Shown piece after piece: positions 53,720-64,000 of a stretch of DNA of 64,000 nucleotides. The notes under the pieces are model-generated. The model was given only the letters and a program-made list of their open reading frames with translations, was not told the origin of the DNA and made no database searches. Numbering within the stretch: the first letter of the stretch is position 1; every line of letters begins with the position of its first letter. Made by a program: the position numbers and the translations under genes. The stretch is from Pristiophorus japonicus (Eukaryota), in the NCBI RefSeq assembly GCF_044704955.1, contig NC_091999.1:66092001-66156000 (forward strand). The letters are read 5' to 3'.

Positions 53720-56700
53720 AATGTATCCTCCACTCCCCGCCGAGAGCGGGAAAAGTGTAATTGTTAACCAGCTTTAGTCCCACTACCCACCAGGGAGAGG
53801 TGAAAGGGTAATTGTTAACCCACTTTAATCCCTTCCCCGCCAGAGAGAGGGGGAAGGGAAATTGTTAACCAACTTCAGACCCGCTCCCCGGCACAAACAG
53901 GGGAAAGGGTAATTGTTAAAAAACTTTAGTCCCACTCCCCCACTAGAGAGCGGGGAAAGATGATTATTAACACACTTCAGACCCACTCTCGCACTAGAGA
54001 GAGGAGAAAGGGTGATTATTAACACACTTCAGTCCCACTCCCCTCAACACAGAGAGGGGAAAGATTAATTGTTAGTCCACTTAGTCCCACTCCTTCCGAA
54101 TAGAGAGAGAGGAACAGCAATTGGTCACCCACTGTACACTCACATCGCCACCAGAGAGAGAGTAAAGGGTAATTATTAACTCACTGTACCTCCCCACTCC
54201 CCCAGCAGAGAGAGAGTAAAGTGTAATTATTAACTCACTGTACCTCCCCACTCACCCCGCAGAGAGAGAGTAAAGTGTAATTATTAACTCAATGTCTCAC
54301 TGTACCTCCCTACGCCCCCAGCTCCCCACGCCCCCAGCAGGGAGAGAGTAAAATGTAATTATTAAATCACTGTACCTCCCCACTCCCCCAGCAGAGAGAG
54401 TAAATGGTAATTATTAACTCACTGTACCTCCCCACTCCCCAAGAAGAGCTTGTAATGGGTAATTATTAACTCACTGTACCTCCCCCTTCCCCAGCAGACA
54501 GAGAGTAAAGACTAATTATCAACTCACTGTACCTCACCACTCCCCTAGCAGAGAAAGTAAAGTGTAATTACTAAATCACATTACGTCTCCTCTCCCCCAG
54601 CAGAGAAAGAGTAAAGTGTAATTATTAACTCACTGTACCTCCGCACTACCGTAGCAGAGAGAGTAAAGTGTAATTGTTAACTCACTGTACCTCCACACTC
54701 CCCCAGCAGAGAGAGAGTAAAGTGTAATTATTAACTCACTGTACCTCCCCACTACCGTAGCAGAGAGAGTAAAGGGTAATTGTTAACTCACTGTACCTCC
54801 CCATTCCCCCAGCAGAGAGAGTAAAGGGTAATTATTAACTCACAGAACCTCCCCACTGACGCAGCTGAGAGAGTAATTGGTAATTATTAACTCACTGTAC
54901 CTCCTCACTACCCCAGCAGAGACAGTAATGGGTAATTATTAACTCACTGTACCTCCCCACTCTCGCAGCAGAGAGAGTAAAGGGTAATTATTAAAACATT
55001 GCTCCTCCAAACGCCCCCAGCAGGGAGAGAGTAAAGTGTAATTATTAACTTACTGTACTCCCCACGCCCCCAGCAAGGAGAGAGAGTAAAGGTTAGTTAT
55101 TAACTCACTTTACATCCCCACTCCCCGAGCAGAGAGAGTAAAAGGTAATTATTAACTCACTGTACCTATCCACTCCCCCAGCAGGGAGAGTAAAAGGTAA
55201 TTATTAACTCACTGTACCTCCTCACTTCCCATCAGAGAGAGAGTAAAGGGTAATGATTAACTCACTGTACCTCGGCACTCCTCCAGCAGGGAGAGAATTA
55301 AGGGTAATTATTAATTCACTGTACCTCCCCACTCCCCCAGCAGAGAGAGTAAATGGTAATTATTAACTCACTGTACATCCCCACTTCCCCAGCAGAGAGA
55401 GAGTAAAGGGTAATTATTAACTCACTATACCTCCCCACTCCCACAGCAGAAAGAGTAAAGGGTAATTGTTCACTCAGTGTACCTCCCCATTTCCCCAGCA
55501 GAGAGAGAGTAAAGGGTAATTATTAACTCACTGTACCTCCCCACTCCCGCAGCAGAGAGAGTAAAGGTTAATTGTTAACTCATTGTACCTTCCCATTTCC
55601 CCAGCAGAGAGAGAGTAAAGGGTAATTATCAACTCACTTTACCTCCCCACTCCCCCAGCAGAGAGAGTAAAGGGTAATTATTAACTCACCGTAACTCCCC
55701 ACTCCCCTAGCAGAGAGAATAAAGTGTAATGCTTAACTCACTGTATCTCCCCACTCCCCCAGCAGGGAGAGAGTTAAGGGTAATTATTAATACACTGTAC
55801 CGCCCCACTCCCCCAGCAGGTAGAGAGTTAAGGGTAATTATTAATTCACTGTACCTCCCAACTCCCCCAGCAGAGAGAGTAAAGGGTAATTATTAACTGA
55901 CTGTACCTCCCCACTCCCCCAGCAGTGAGAGAGTAAAGGGTAATTATTAACTCACTGAACCTCCCCACTCCCGCAGCAGAGAGAGTAAAGGTTAATTGTT
56001 AACTCATTGTACCTTCCCATTTCCCCAGCAGAGAGAGAGTAAAGGGTAATTATCAACTCACTGTACCTCCCCACTCCCCCAGCATGGAGAGAGTAAAGGG
56101 TAATTATTAACTCACAGTTCCTCCCCACTCCCCTACCAGAGAAAGAGTAAAGTGTAATTATTAACTCACTGTACCTCCCCACTCCTCCAGCAGAGAGAGT
56201 AAAGTGTACTTATTAACTCACAGTACCTCCCCACACCCGCAGCAGAGAGAGTAAAGTGTAATTATTAACTCACTGTACCTCCCCACTCCCCCAGCAGGGC
56301 GAGAATAAAGTGTAATTATTAAAACACTCTACCTCCCCACTCCGCCAGCAGAGAGAGTAAAGGGTAATTTTTAAATCACTGTACCTCCCCACTCCCCAGC
56401 AGGGAGAGAGTAAAGGGTAATTATTAACTCACTGTATCTCCCCACTCCCCAGCAATGAGAGAGTAACGTGTAATTATTAACTCACTGCTCCTCCCCACTC
56501 CCCCAGCAGAGAGAGAGTAAAGATTAATTATAAGCTCACTTTACCTCCCCACTCCCCCAGCAGGGAGAGATTAACGTGTAATTATTATCTCACTCTACCT
56601 CCCCATTCCCGCAGCAGGGAGAGTAAACGGTAATTATTAACTCACTATACCTCCCCACTCCCCCAGCAGGGAGAGAGTAAAGGGATTTATTAATTCACTG

Positions 56701-56900
56701 TACCTCCCCACTCCCACAGCAGAGGGAGAGTAAAGGCTAATTATGAATTCACTATACCTCCCCACTCCCCCAGCACGGAGCGAGTAAAGGATAATTATTA
56801 ACTCACTGTACCTGGCCATTGCCCCAGCAGGGAGAGAGTAAAATGTAATTATTAACTCACTGTACCTCTCACACCCTCCAGCGAGAGGGGAAAGGCCAAA
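53720..56900 (+). repeat. ~52-54-bp minisatellite (CAGAGAGAGTAAAGGGTAATTATTAACTCACTGTACCTCCCCACTCCCCCAG)n
   Basis: About 55-60 tandem units, degenerate at the left edge. Confidence 0.95.
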
Positions 56901-57439
56901 GTGTGATCCACACTGCCGCTCCCGCAGCGACATGGGAAGTGAACCACTCTCTTTTATATTGACTAAGTTGCCATCAGTAGAAGGTCAAATTCGAACCCAT
57001 GGACTGAAGATTTAAAACTTGCCACATGAGTATTTTATTCTGGAATAAATATTTATTCCATGTAATATTTTTAATTATGTTGTGGTGAAACAGTCCCTGT
57101 TAATTGTAAACTAAAATATTGAATTCTAATGGGCCATATCTGAACTGGTGATTTAATCCTCTGCGGGCTTCTCACCATTGTGTACCTGATGTTTCTGAGG
57201 CCCATCGGTTGAATTGTTGCATTCCTTCAGCTGATGTCACGTTATTCCTCAAACGGAACACATGTACACAGAGCGTGGGAGGATAAATGAGAAAGTGAGT
57301 CTGTGTGTGTTCATATGTCAGTGCGTTGATGAATTTGTGCGTGTGTGTGTTTTTGTATAAGTGCAAAATTACACATTAACACATAGAATTACAAAAAAGA
57401 CACACGTTAACACTCTGACACAGAATATTACACATAATC

Positions 57440-58892
57440 AGAATGTAATGAATACCATCATTTTTTTAAAAAGGAGGTAGACTAAAAGAAGGAAGCATAT
57501 ACCAGACAGGCTAACATCTGTGGTTGGGTAAATGTTGGGATCTATTATTAAAGAAGCAGTAGCAGGACATTTGGAAAAGGATCATTCGGTCAGGCAGAGT
57601 CAGCATGGATTTATGAAGCGGAAGTCATGTTTTACAAATTCGCTGGAATTCTTTGAGGATGTACAGAACAGGATGGATAAAGGGGAACCAGTGGATGTGG
57701 TGTATTTGGACTTCCAAAATGCATTTGACAAGGTGCCACATAAAAGGTTACTGCACAAGATAAAGTTCACGGGGTTGGGGGTAATATATTATCATTCATA
57801 GAGGATTGGCTAACTAACAGAAAACAGAGAGTCGGGATAAATGGTTCATTCTCAGATTGGCAATCAGTAACTAGTGGGGTGCCGCAGGGATCAGTGTTCG
57901 GACCCAAATATTTACAATCCATATTAATAACTTGGTAGAAGGGACCTGGTGTCATGTAGCCAAGTTTTACGACAATACAAAGATGGGAGGAAATGAAATG
58001 TGTGAGGAGTACACAAAAAATCTGCAGAAGGACATAGACAGGTGGAGTGAGTTTGTAAAATTTGGCAGATGGAGTATAATGTTGGAAAATGTGAGGTCAT
58101 GCACTATTGAAGAAGAAATCAAGGGGCAACTTATTATTTAAATGGAGAAATATTGCAAGGTGTTACAGTGCAGCGTGACGTGGGGGTAAGTGTGCATGAA
58201 ACACAAAATCATAGTGTGCAGGTAGAGGAAGTAATCAGGAAGGCAAATGGAATGTTGGCCTTCATTGCAAGGATGATAGAGTATAAAAGCAGGGACGTCT
58301 TCCTACAGTTATACAGAGTGTTGGTGAGGCCACACCTGGAATATTGCGTGCAGTTTTGGTTTCCATATTTAGGAAAGGATATCGTTGCTTTGGAGACAGT
58401 TCAGAGAAGGATCACTTAGTTGATTCCGGAGATGAGGGAGATGTCTTATGAGGAAAGGTTGAGTCGGTTGGGCCTCTACATATTGAAATTCAGAAGAATG
58501 ATAAGTGATCTGATTGAAAAGTATAACATTTTATGAGGGGGCTTGACAAGGTGGATGTAGAGAGGATGTTTCCACTGATAGAACTTGAGGCTAGGAATAG
58601 GGGGCATTATCTTAGAATAAGCGACCGCCCATTTACAACTGAGATGAGGAGGAATTTCTTCTCTAAGAGGCTTGTACATCTGTCGAATTTGTTGCATCAG
58701 AGCGCTGTGAAAACTGAGACATTGAATAGATTTAAGACAGAGATCGACAGTTTCTTAACCGATAAGGGACTAAGGGGTTACGTGGCGCTGGCAGGGAAGT
58801 GGAGCTGAATCCATGATCAGATCAGCTATGATCGTATTAAATGGCAGAGCAGGCTCGAGGGGCCAAATGGCGTGCTCCTGCTCCTATTTCTT
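57440..58892 (+). mobile_element. CR1 LINE ORF2 3' part
   Basis: [34 protein letters not shown]. Confidence 0.92.
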
Positions 58893-59674
58893 ACACGAAC
58901 TTACACATCAACACACACATTTACACGTAAATGCACACACACAGACAAAAACACGCACACACTTTGATAAACTCGTACATCAGCACGCTCACAGTGACAC
59001 ACAAGCAGGGACTAATCCGTAATAATAGATAGCCATACACACACATAAACACTAAAGCGCACAAACAAGAACGTCAGGCTTTCGACGAATGTAGAACTAA
59101 AATGCAGTTTTTCGACTGACAAAGTATCTAATGCTTGGCCTGAATAAATAATATCTCAGATTTCACTATTCTGGCCTTGCACATACGCTGAAGCAATGTA
59201 GTTGTTGCAAACTGATACAAGTTCATTGTGGTCAGACCGTTGCCATAACAAATAAATAAACAAGGTTAGAACTCACAACTGATCTCTTGCATAGCCCCCT
59301 TGACAGGCTCCAAATAAGTAAAATAATCGATATCGAGCTGTACACCTGCCTCGATGATTCATCATATTATTCCCGAATGGTAGATCGTGGCAAAGTCATC
59401 CAAAATCAATTAGCATCTGACATGGAAGAAAAACTATCATATTTTCCAAAACGGACTATAGGAGGATCAGAAAGGAAGAGCGGCAGTGGAGTGAGGAACA
59501 GTGAGAGAGAGAGATATGGCTGAGAGTGATTAACTGAAAATAAAATATACATTGAAAGACCAATTAGAGGACAAACTAATAGCTTAAGGCAAACAAAAGA
59601 CAATATAAAATAAGAGTATGAAATCCGGGATTAATAAATGAACTGAACGCATTTCCTCCCCTATATCCTCGTAG

Positions 59675-59802
59675 ATTCCTCAGAACACATCTGGAGTGCA
59701 GACTATGAGGACGAGAGCGGCAACGTCTGGACAACCGCTTCCACTTTCATCATCCTGTTCTTCCTGAGTATTTCCTACAGCGCTGCCGCCACTCTGGTGA
59801 AG
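59675..59802 (+). CDS. IGHM: IgM transmembrane exon TM1
   Basis: Acceptor cctcgtAG, DSSEHIWSADYEDESGNVWTTASTFIILFFLSISYSAAATLVK (CART-like motif), donor AAG|GTGGGA; in frame with the Cmu4 internal donor. Not in the ORF track. Confidence 0.93.
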
Positions 59803-59917
59803 GTGGGAAGATTCAATCCGCTCACACTTACATCTGACAGAAGCCGGTTGACAAACCCTGAGATAAGTGCCCCAGACGAATAAACCTCGGCTTCACTCTT
59901 TCATCCCTCTTTTACAG

Positions 59918-59926
59918 CTCAAGTGA
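59918..59926 (+). CDS. IGHM: IgM transmembrane exon TM2 (LK*)
   Basis: Polypyrimidine acceptor ttttacAG then CTC AAG TGA. Confidence 0.88.
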   Translation, partial: LK

Positions 59927-59981
59927 TGGTCTGAATTTCGGCCGCCATGGATTTTGCTCATCTGTTTATCATCTCTTTCTC

Positions 59982-59993
59982 ATTAAAATTAAA
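59982..59993 (+). terminator. Candidate membrane-form polyadenylation signals (ATTAAA x2)
   Basis: Two adjacent ATTAAA about 55 nt after the TM2 stop. Confidence 0.5.
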
Positions 59994-60278
59994 ATATGTC
60001 CTCTTACTGTTCTCAGAGTAAAATGCCTTCAGTTAATAGATCCGAATCGGTAGCTGAGAAATATATAACTGGGATTTCAAACTTTCTGTTTGAAATGTGC
60101 GCGATAATTGTAGCTGTAATGTAACTGTACCTCAGAGTTTCACCATACTTCCAACAGTTCATGTGTAAGTAAGTAACTTTTCTCATTATTATTCACAATT
60201 GTTCTCTGCCCGTTATGCTGAGCCCCTGTTCTCTCTCTCTGGTGTCTGTCACAGCTGTACAGATAGCTGGCAGCTCCG

Positions 60279-60705
60279 ACATAAGAACATAAGAAATAAG
60301 AGCAGGAGAAGGCCCTACGGCCCCTCGAGTCTGCCACGCCATTCAATAAGATCAGGGCTGATCATCGAACTCAACTCCACGTTTCCGCCCGATAGCCATA
60401 TCGCTTGCTTCCCCTAGAGTCCAAAAATCTGTCTATTTGAGCCTTGTATATATTCAGAGACTCAGCGTCCACAGCCCTCTGGGGCAGAGAATGCCAAAGA
60501 TTCACATCCCTCTGATTGAAGATATTCCTCCTCATCCCTGTCTTAAATGGCCGATCCTTTTCCCTGAGAGAATGCCACCAGTTCTCGACTGTTCGCCCAG
60601 TGGAAACAAATCTTCAGCATTTAACTTGTCAATCGCCCTCAGAATCTTATGTTTCAATCAGATCACCTCTCATTAATTTAAACTCCAGAGAGTACAGGCC
60701 CAATC
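60279..60705 (-). mobile_element. CR1 3' fragment
   Basis: CATAAGAA tail on + and CR1 3' UTR. Confidence 0.8.
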
Positions 60706-61349
60706 CGCCTGTGTTCGGTTTTCAATGTAAACCTCAATTATATTCACTTTGTGTTCTTTTTTATAAACTTCTCTGTAATTTGTTTTCTGTGAAATTGTTA
60801 ATAAAACTGGAATGACAAATGAACTAACTTGGACTTTGCTGAATTCCTTTCTCCACGGCTCCTCCACACCATTCGACTTTCCCTGTCACACTGTGTTTTA
60901 TTTCCCTGACAGCAATTTTTCTCCCCTCCAGTCTGGTTTGTGATTTAAACCAAGTCCGATTGGTGAAAGGCCCACTGCGCTAACCAGTGTCCCATCGGAC
61001 TAAAAACACCTCCACCGCTGCCTTGTTGTATTCGGTTCGAGAGGCGGAATTACTGCACAACGACCAAGTGCACCATGCAGTCTCCTCTAATATTATGGTC
61101 TGTCACAGTCACATGGCAGGTTCTATTAAAAAAACAGGACTCCGTTCCATCACAGATTGTCACAGTTCAGTACAAAGCAGAGTGAGTCTCCCTCTACACT
61201 GTCCTGTTAAACTTTCCCAGTGCAGGTACAACATCAGATACATATGGCGTAAATGTCACTATACACTGTCCCATCAAAATCTCCCAGGGCATGTACAGCA
61301 CGGGTTGGAAATTTGACACAAACACCCCAGGGAGCACAACCCCAGAGAA

Positions 61350-61578
61350 TGTCCCAATACGGTAAGCCCGGGCTAGCCCAATAGGGTGAGCCCGGGCTGG
61401 CACAATAGGGTGAGCCCGGGCTGGCCCAACAGGGTGTTCCCGTGCTGGTCCAATAGGGTGAGCCCAGGCTGCCCCATATAGGGTGAGCCCCGGCTGGCCC
61501 AATAGGGTGAGCCAGGCTGGCTGGCCCAATATGTCGAGAACGGGCTGGCCCAATAGGGTGAGCCAGCCTGGCCCAGGT
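61350..61578 (+). repeat. 24-bp tandem repeat (CCAATAGGGTGAGCCCGGGCTGGC)n
   Basis: About 9 units; 8-aa periodicity in ORFs. Confidence 0.9.
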
Positions 61579-61669
61579 TCACCAGACAATAATCAGCACA
61601 AGACTCCCTTTCAGGTGCCACATACCTGGTCAAAAACATGTGTCAAATCAAACTGACATACACCCTGAA

Positions 61670-61990
61670 GCCCCGCCACCAATTGTCCCTGCCCAAATGG
61701 GCGCGCATGCGTCGCGAGACCCGCCCTGATCAAGATGGCCGCCTCTGAGAACGCTACCCCACCACGCCCTGACCAAGATGGCAGCCGCTGAGCCGGCTCC
61801 CCCGGAGGCTCACTGCCCGGGCCTGGAACCGGGGAGTAAAGCCGGTGCCTGCAGGGTGTGTTTCGGTGCCTGGGGCCGAGCCCGGGTGTGCGTGAAGTGA
61901 AAGGTGCGGAGTGATGTCTCTCGGGCCTGGGCCCGCACACTGCCTTTGTGCACCCCACCACCCCACCCGGGGTTTATTAACCCGGAACTA
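61670..61990 (+). promoter_or_regulatory. CpG-rich promoter-like island
   Basis: GCGCATGCG (NRF1-like), TCGCGAGA, CCCGCCC, two CAAGATGGC (YY1-like) at 61731 and 61774. Confidence 0.6.
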
Positions 61991-62094
61991 TTGGCTATGC
62001 ACTTTGTGACTGACAGGCGACAAATCCTGCAACATCCGTGCCCGAAAACATTCCATGCAGGTGGTGCCGAGAAACAGAACTAAGTTAAGGCTCT

Positions 62095-63770
62095 TTGACT
62101 GGGGGAGCCATGCACTGGGACTGGGGTAAGGCACTTCAGATCGGGGAGGCATGCACTGGGACTGGGGTAAGGCACTTCGGATGGGGGAGGCATACACTGT
62201 GACAGGGGTAAGGCACTTTGGATGGGGAGGCATGCACTGAGACTTGGATAGGGAACTTCGGCTGAGGGAGGCATACAATGGGACTGGGGTAAGGAACTTC
62301 AGCTGGGGGAGTGGGGAACTGGGACTCGGGTAAGGCACTTTAGCTGTGGGGCATGCACTGACTGGGGTAAGGCACTTCGGCTGGGAGATGCATGCACTGG
62401 GACTGGGGTAGGGCACATCGACTGGGGGAGGCATGCACTGGGACGGGGGTAAGGCACCTTGGCTGTGGGAAACATGCATTGAGACTGGGGTAAGGCACTT
62501 TGGCTGGGGGAGGCGTGCACTGGGACAGGGGTAAAGCACTTCGGCTGGGGGCGGCATGCACTGTCACTCCGGCAAGGCACTTCGGATGGGGGAGGCATGT
62601 ACTGGGATTGGTGTAAGGCACTTTGATTGGGGGAGGCATAAAGTGGGACTGGGGTAAAGCACATCGGCTGGGGGAGGCATGAAGTGGGACTGGAGTAAGA
62701 CACTTCAGCTGGGCGATGCCTGTACTGGGACTGGGTTAAGACACTCCCGCTGTGCAAGGAATACAGTGGGATTGCGGTAAGGCACCTTGGCTGGGGGAGG
62801 GATGTACTGGGATTGGGGTAAGGCACTTTGGCTGGGGGAGGCATGCACTGGGACTGGGGTAAGTTACTGCGGCTGGGGAGGCATATACTGGGACTGGGGT
62901 AAGGCACTTCTTCTGCGGGAGGCATATACTTGGAATTGGGTTCGGCACATCGGCTGGGGCAGGCATATACTTGGACTGGAGTCAGGTACTTCGGCTGGGG
63001 AAGGCATATACTGTGGCTGGGACAAGGCACTTCGGCTGGGGGAGGCCTCTACTGGGACTGGTGTAAGGCACTTCAGCTGAGGAAAGTCTGCACTGAGATT
63101 GGGATAAGGCACTTCGGCTGGGGCAGGCATATACTGCGACTGCGTAAGGCTCTTCTGCTGGGGCAGGCTTATACTGTGCCTGGGCTAAGGCATGTCGGCT
63201 GGGCAAGCTTGCACTGGGACTTGTGTAAAGCACTTCGGCTGGGGGAGGCATGCACTGGAACTGGGGTAAAGCACCTTGGCTGGGGATGGCATTCAATGGG
63301 ATTGGGGCAATGCACTCAGCTGGGGAGGCATGCCCTGGAACTTGGTTAAGGCACTTCAACTCGAGGAGGCATGCAATTGGACTGGGGTAAGGCACTTCGG
63401 CTGCGGCAGGCATTTACTGGAGATGGGTTAATGCACTTTGGCTGGCAGAGGCTTGCACTGGGAACTGGAGTAAGGTACGCCAGCTGGGGGAAGCGTGCAC
63501 TGCTTCTGGGGTAAGGCACTTTGGCTGGGTGGGTATATACTGGGGTAAGGCACTTCGCCTGTGGGAGGCATTTACTGGGACTGGGGCAAGGCACCTTTGC
63601 TGGCGGAGGCATGCACGGTGATTGAGGCAAGGCACTTTGGCTGGGGGTGGCATGCATTGGGACTGGGGTAAGGCACTTTGGCTGGGGGAGGCATATACTG
63701 GGACTGGAGTAAGGCACTTCGGCTGATGATGGATGCACTGGGACTGGGGCAAGGCAATTTGGCTGGCATT
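62095..63770 (+). repeat. ~41-bp G-rich minisatellite (GGGACTGGGGTAAGGCACTTCGGCTGGGGGAGGCATGCACT)n
   Basis: About 40 tandem units. Confidence 0.95.
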
Positions 63771-64000
63771 CACTGTTTACCGGGGAGCTCTGCATCTGTT
63801 GTTTCAGGAAGTCAAAGTGGATCAAGTTGCAATTTGCAAAGTCAGTGAGACGCTGGGATAAGTGGTTCCATTTACACTTTCGAGTGAAACATCAGGTTGG
63901 CTTATACTCAAGGGAACCAATCATGGACAAAGGGTGGAGCATGGTGGCCATTGTTGCAGTGCAAATTAACCCGCTCCCTTCATCCACCCATCTCTCACCC

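Noticed and set aside
53720-56900. CRISPR-like appearance of regular repeats
   Set aside because: Contiguous tandem units with no unique spacers, no cas genes, vertebrate intron context.
61988-63825. Long Pro/Cys-rich ORFs
   Set aside because: Arise from the 41-bp minisatellite in several overlapping frames.

Overview
Eukaryotic genomic DNA, almost certainly from a cartilaginous fish (shark-type Ig sequences, CR1 LINEs with (TCTATGTT)n tails, Deu-type SINEs). The central feature is one complete immunoglobulin mu heavy-chain cluster on the + strand (36216-59926): leader exon, a single already-joined V-D-J exon with no RSS or separate D/J segments (germline-joined), Cmu1-Cmu4 with secretory tail, and TM1/TM2. 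All exons splice in frame with GT/AG sites (571 aa secreted, 596 aa membrane form by my count). The V domain has clustered substitutions at light-chain interface positions, a 9-aa fixed CDR3 and a CDR1 glycan sequon. The J-C intron holds a ~630-bp tandem duplication and a decayed Gypsy LTR element. The Cmu4-TM intron holds a ~53-bp minisatellite in which each unit mimics splice sites. The upstream ~33 kb is a decayed multi-kb duplicated array (27-bp minisatellite, SINEs, CR1 fragments) with possible relic minus-strand exons. The right end has a CpG-rich promoter-like island flanked by CCAAT and G-rich tandem arrays. Exon boundaries were counted base by base; repeat boundaries are approximate.
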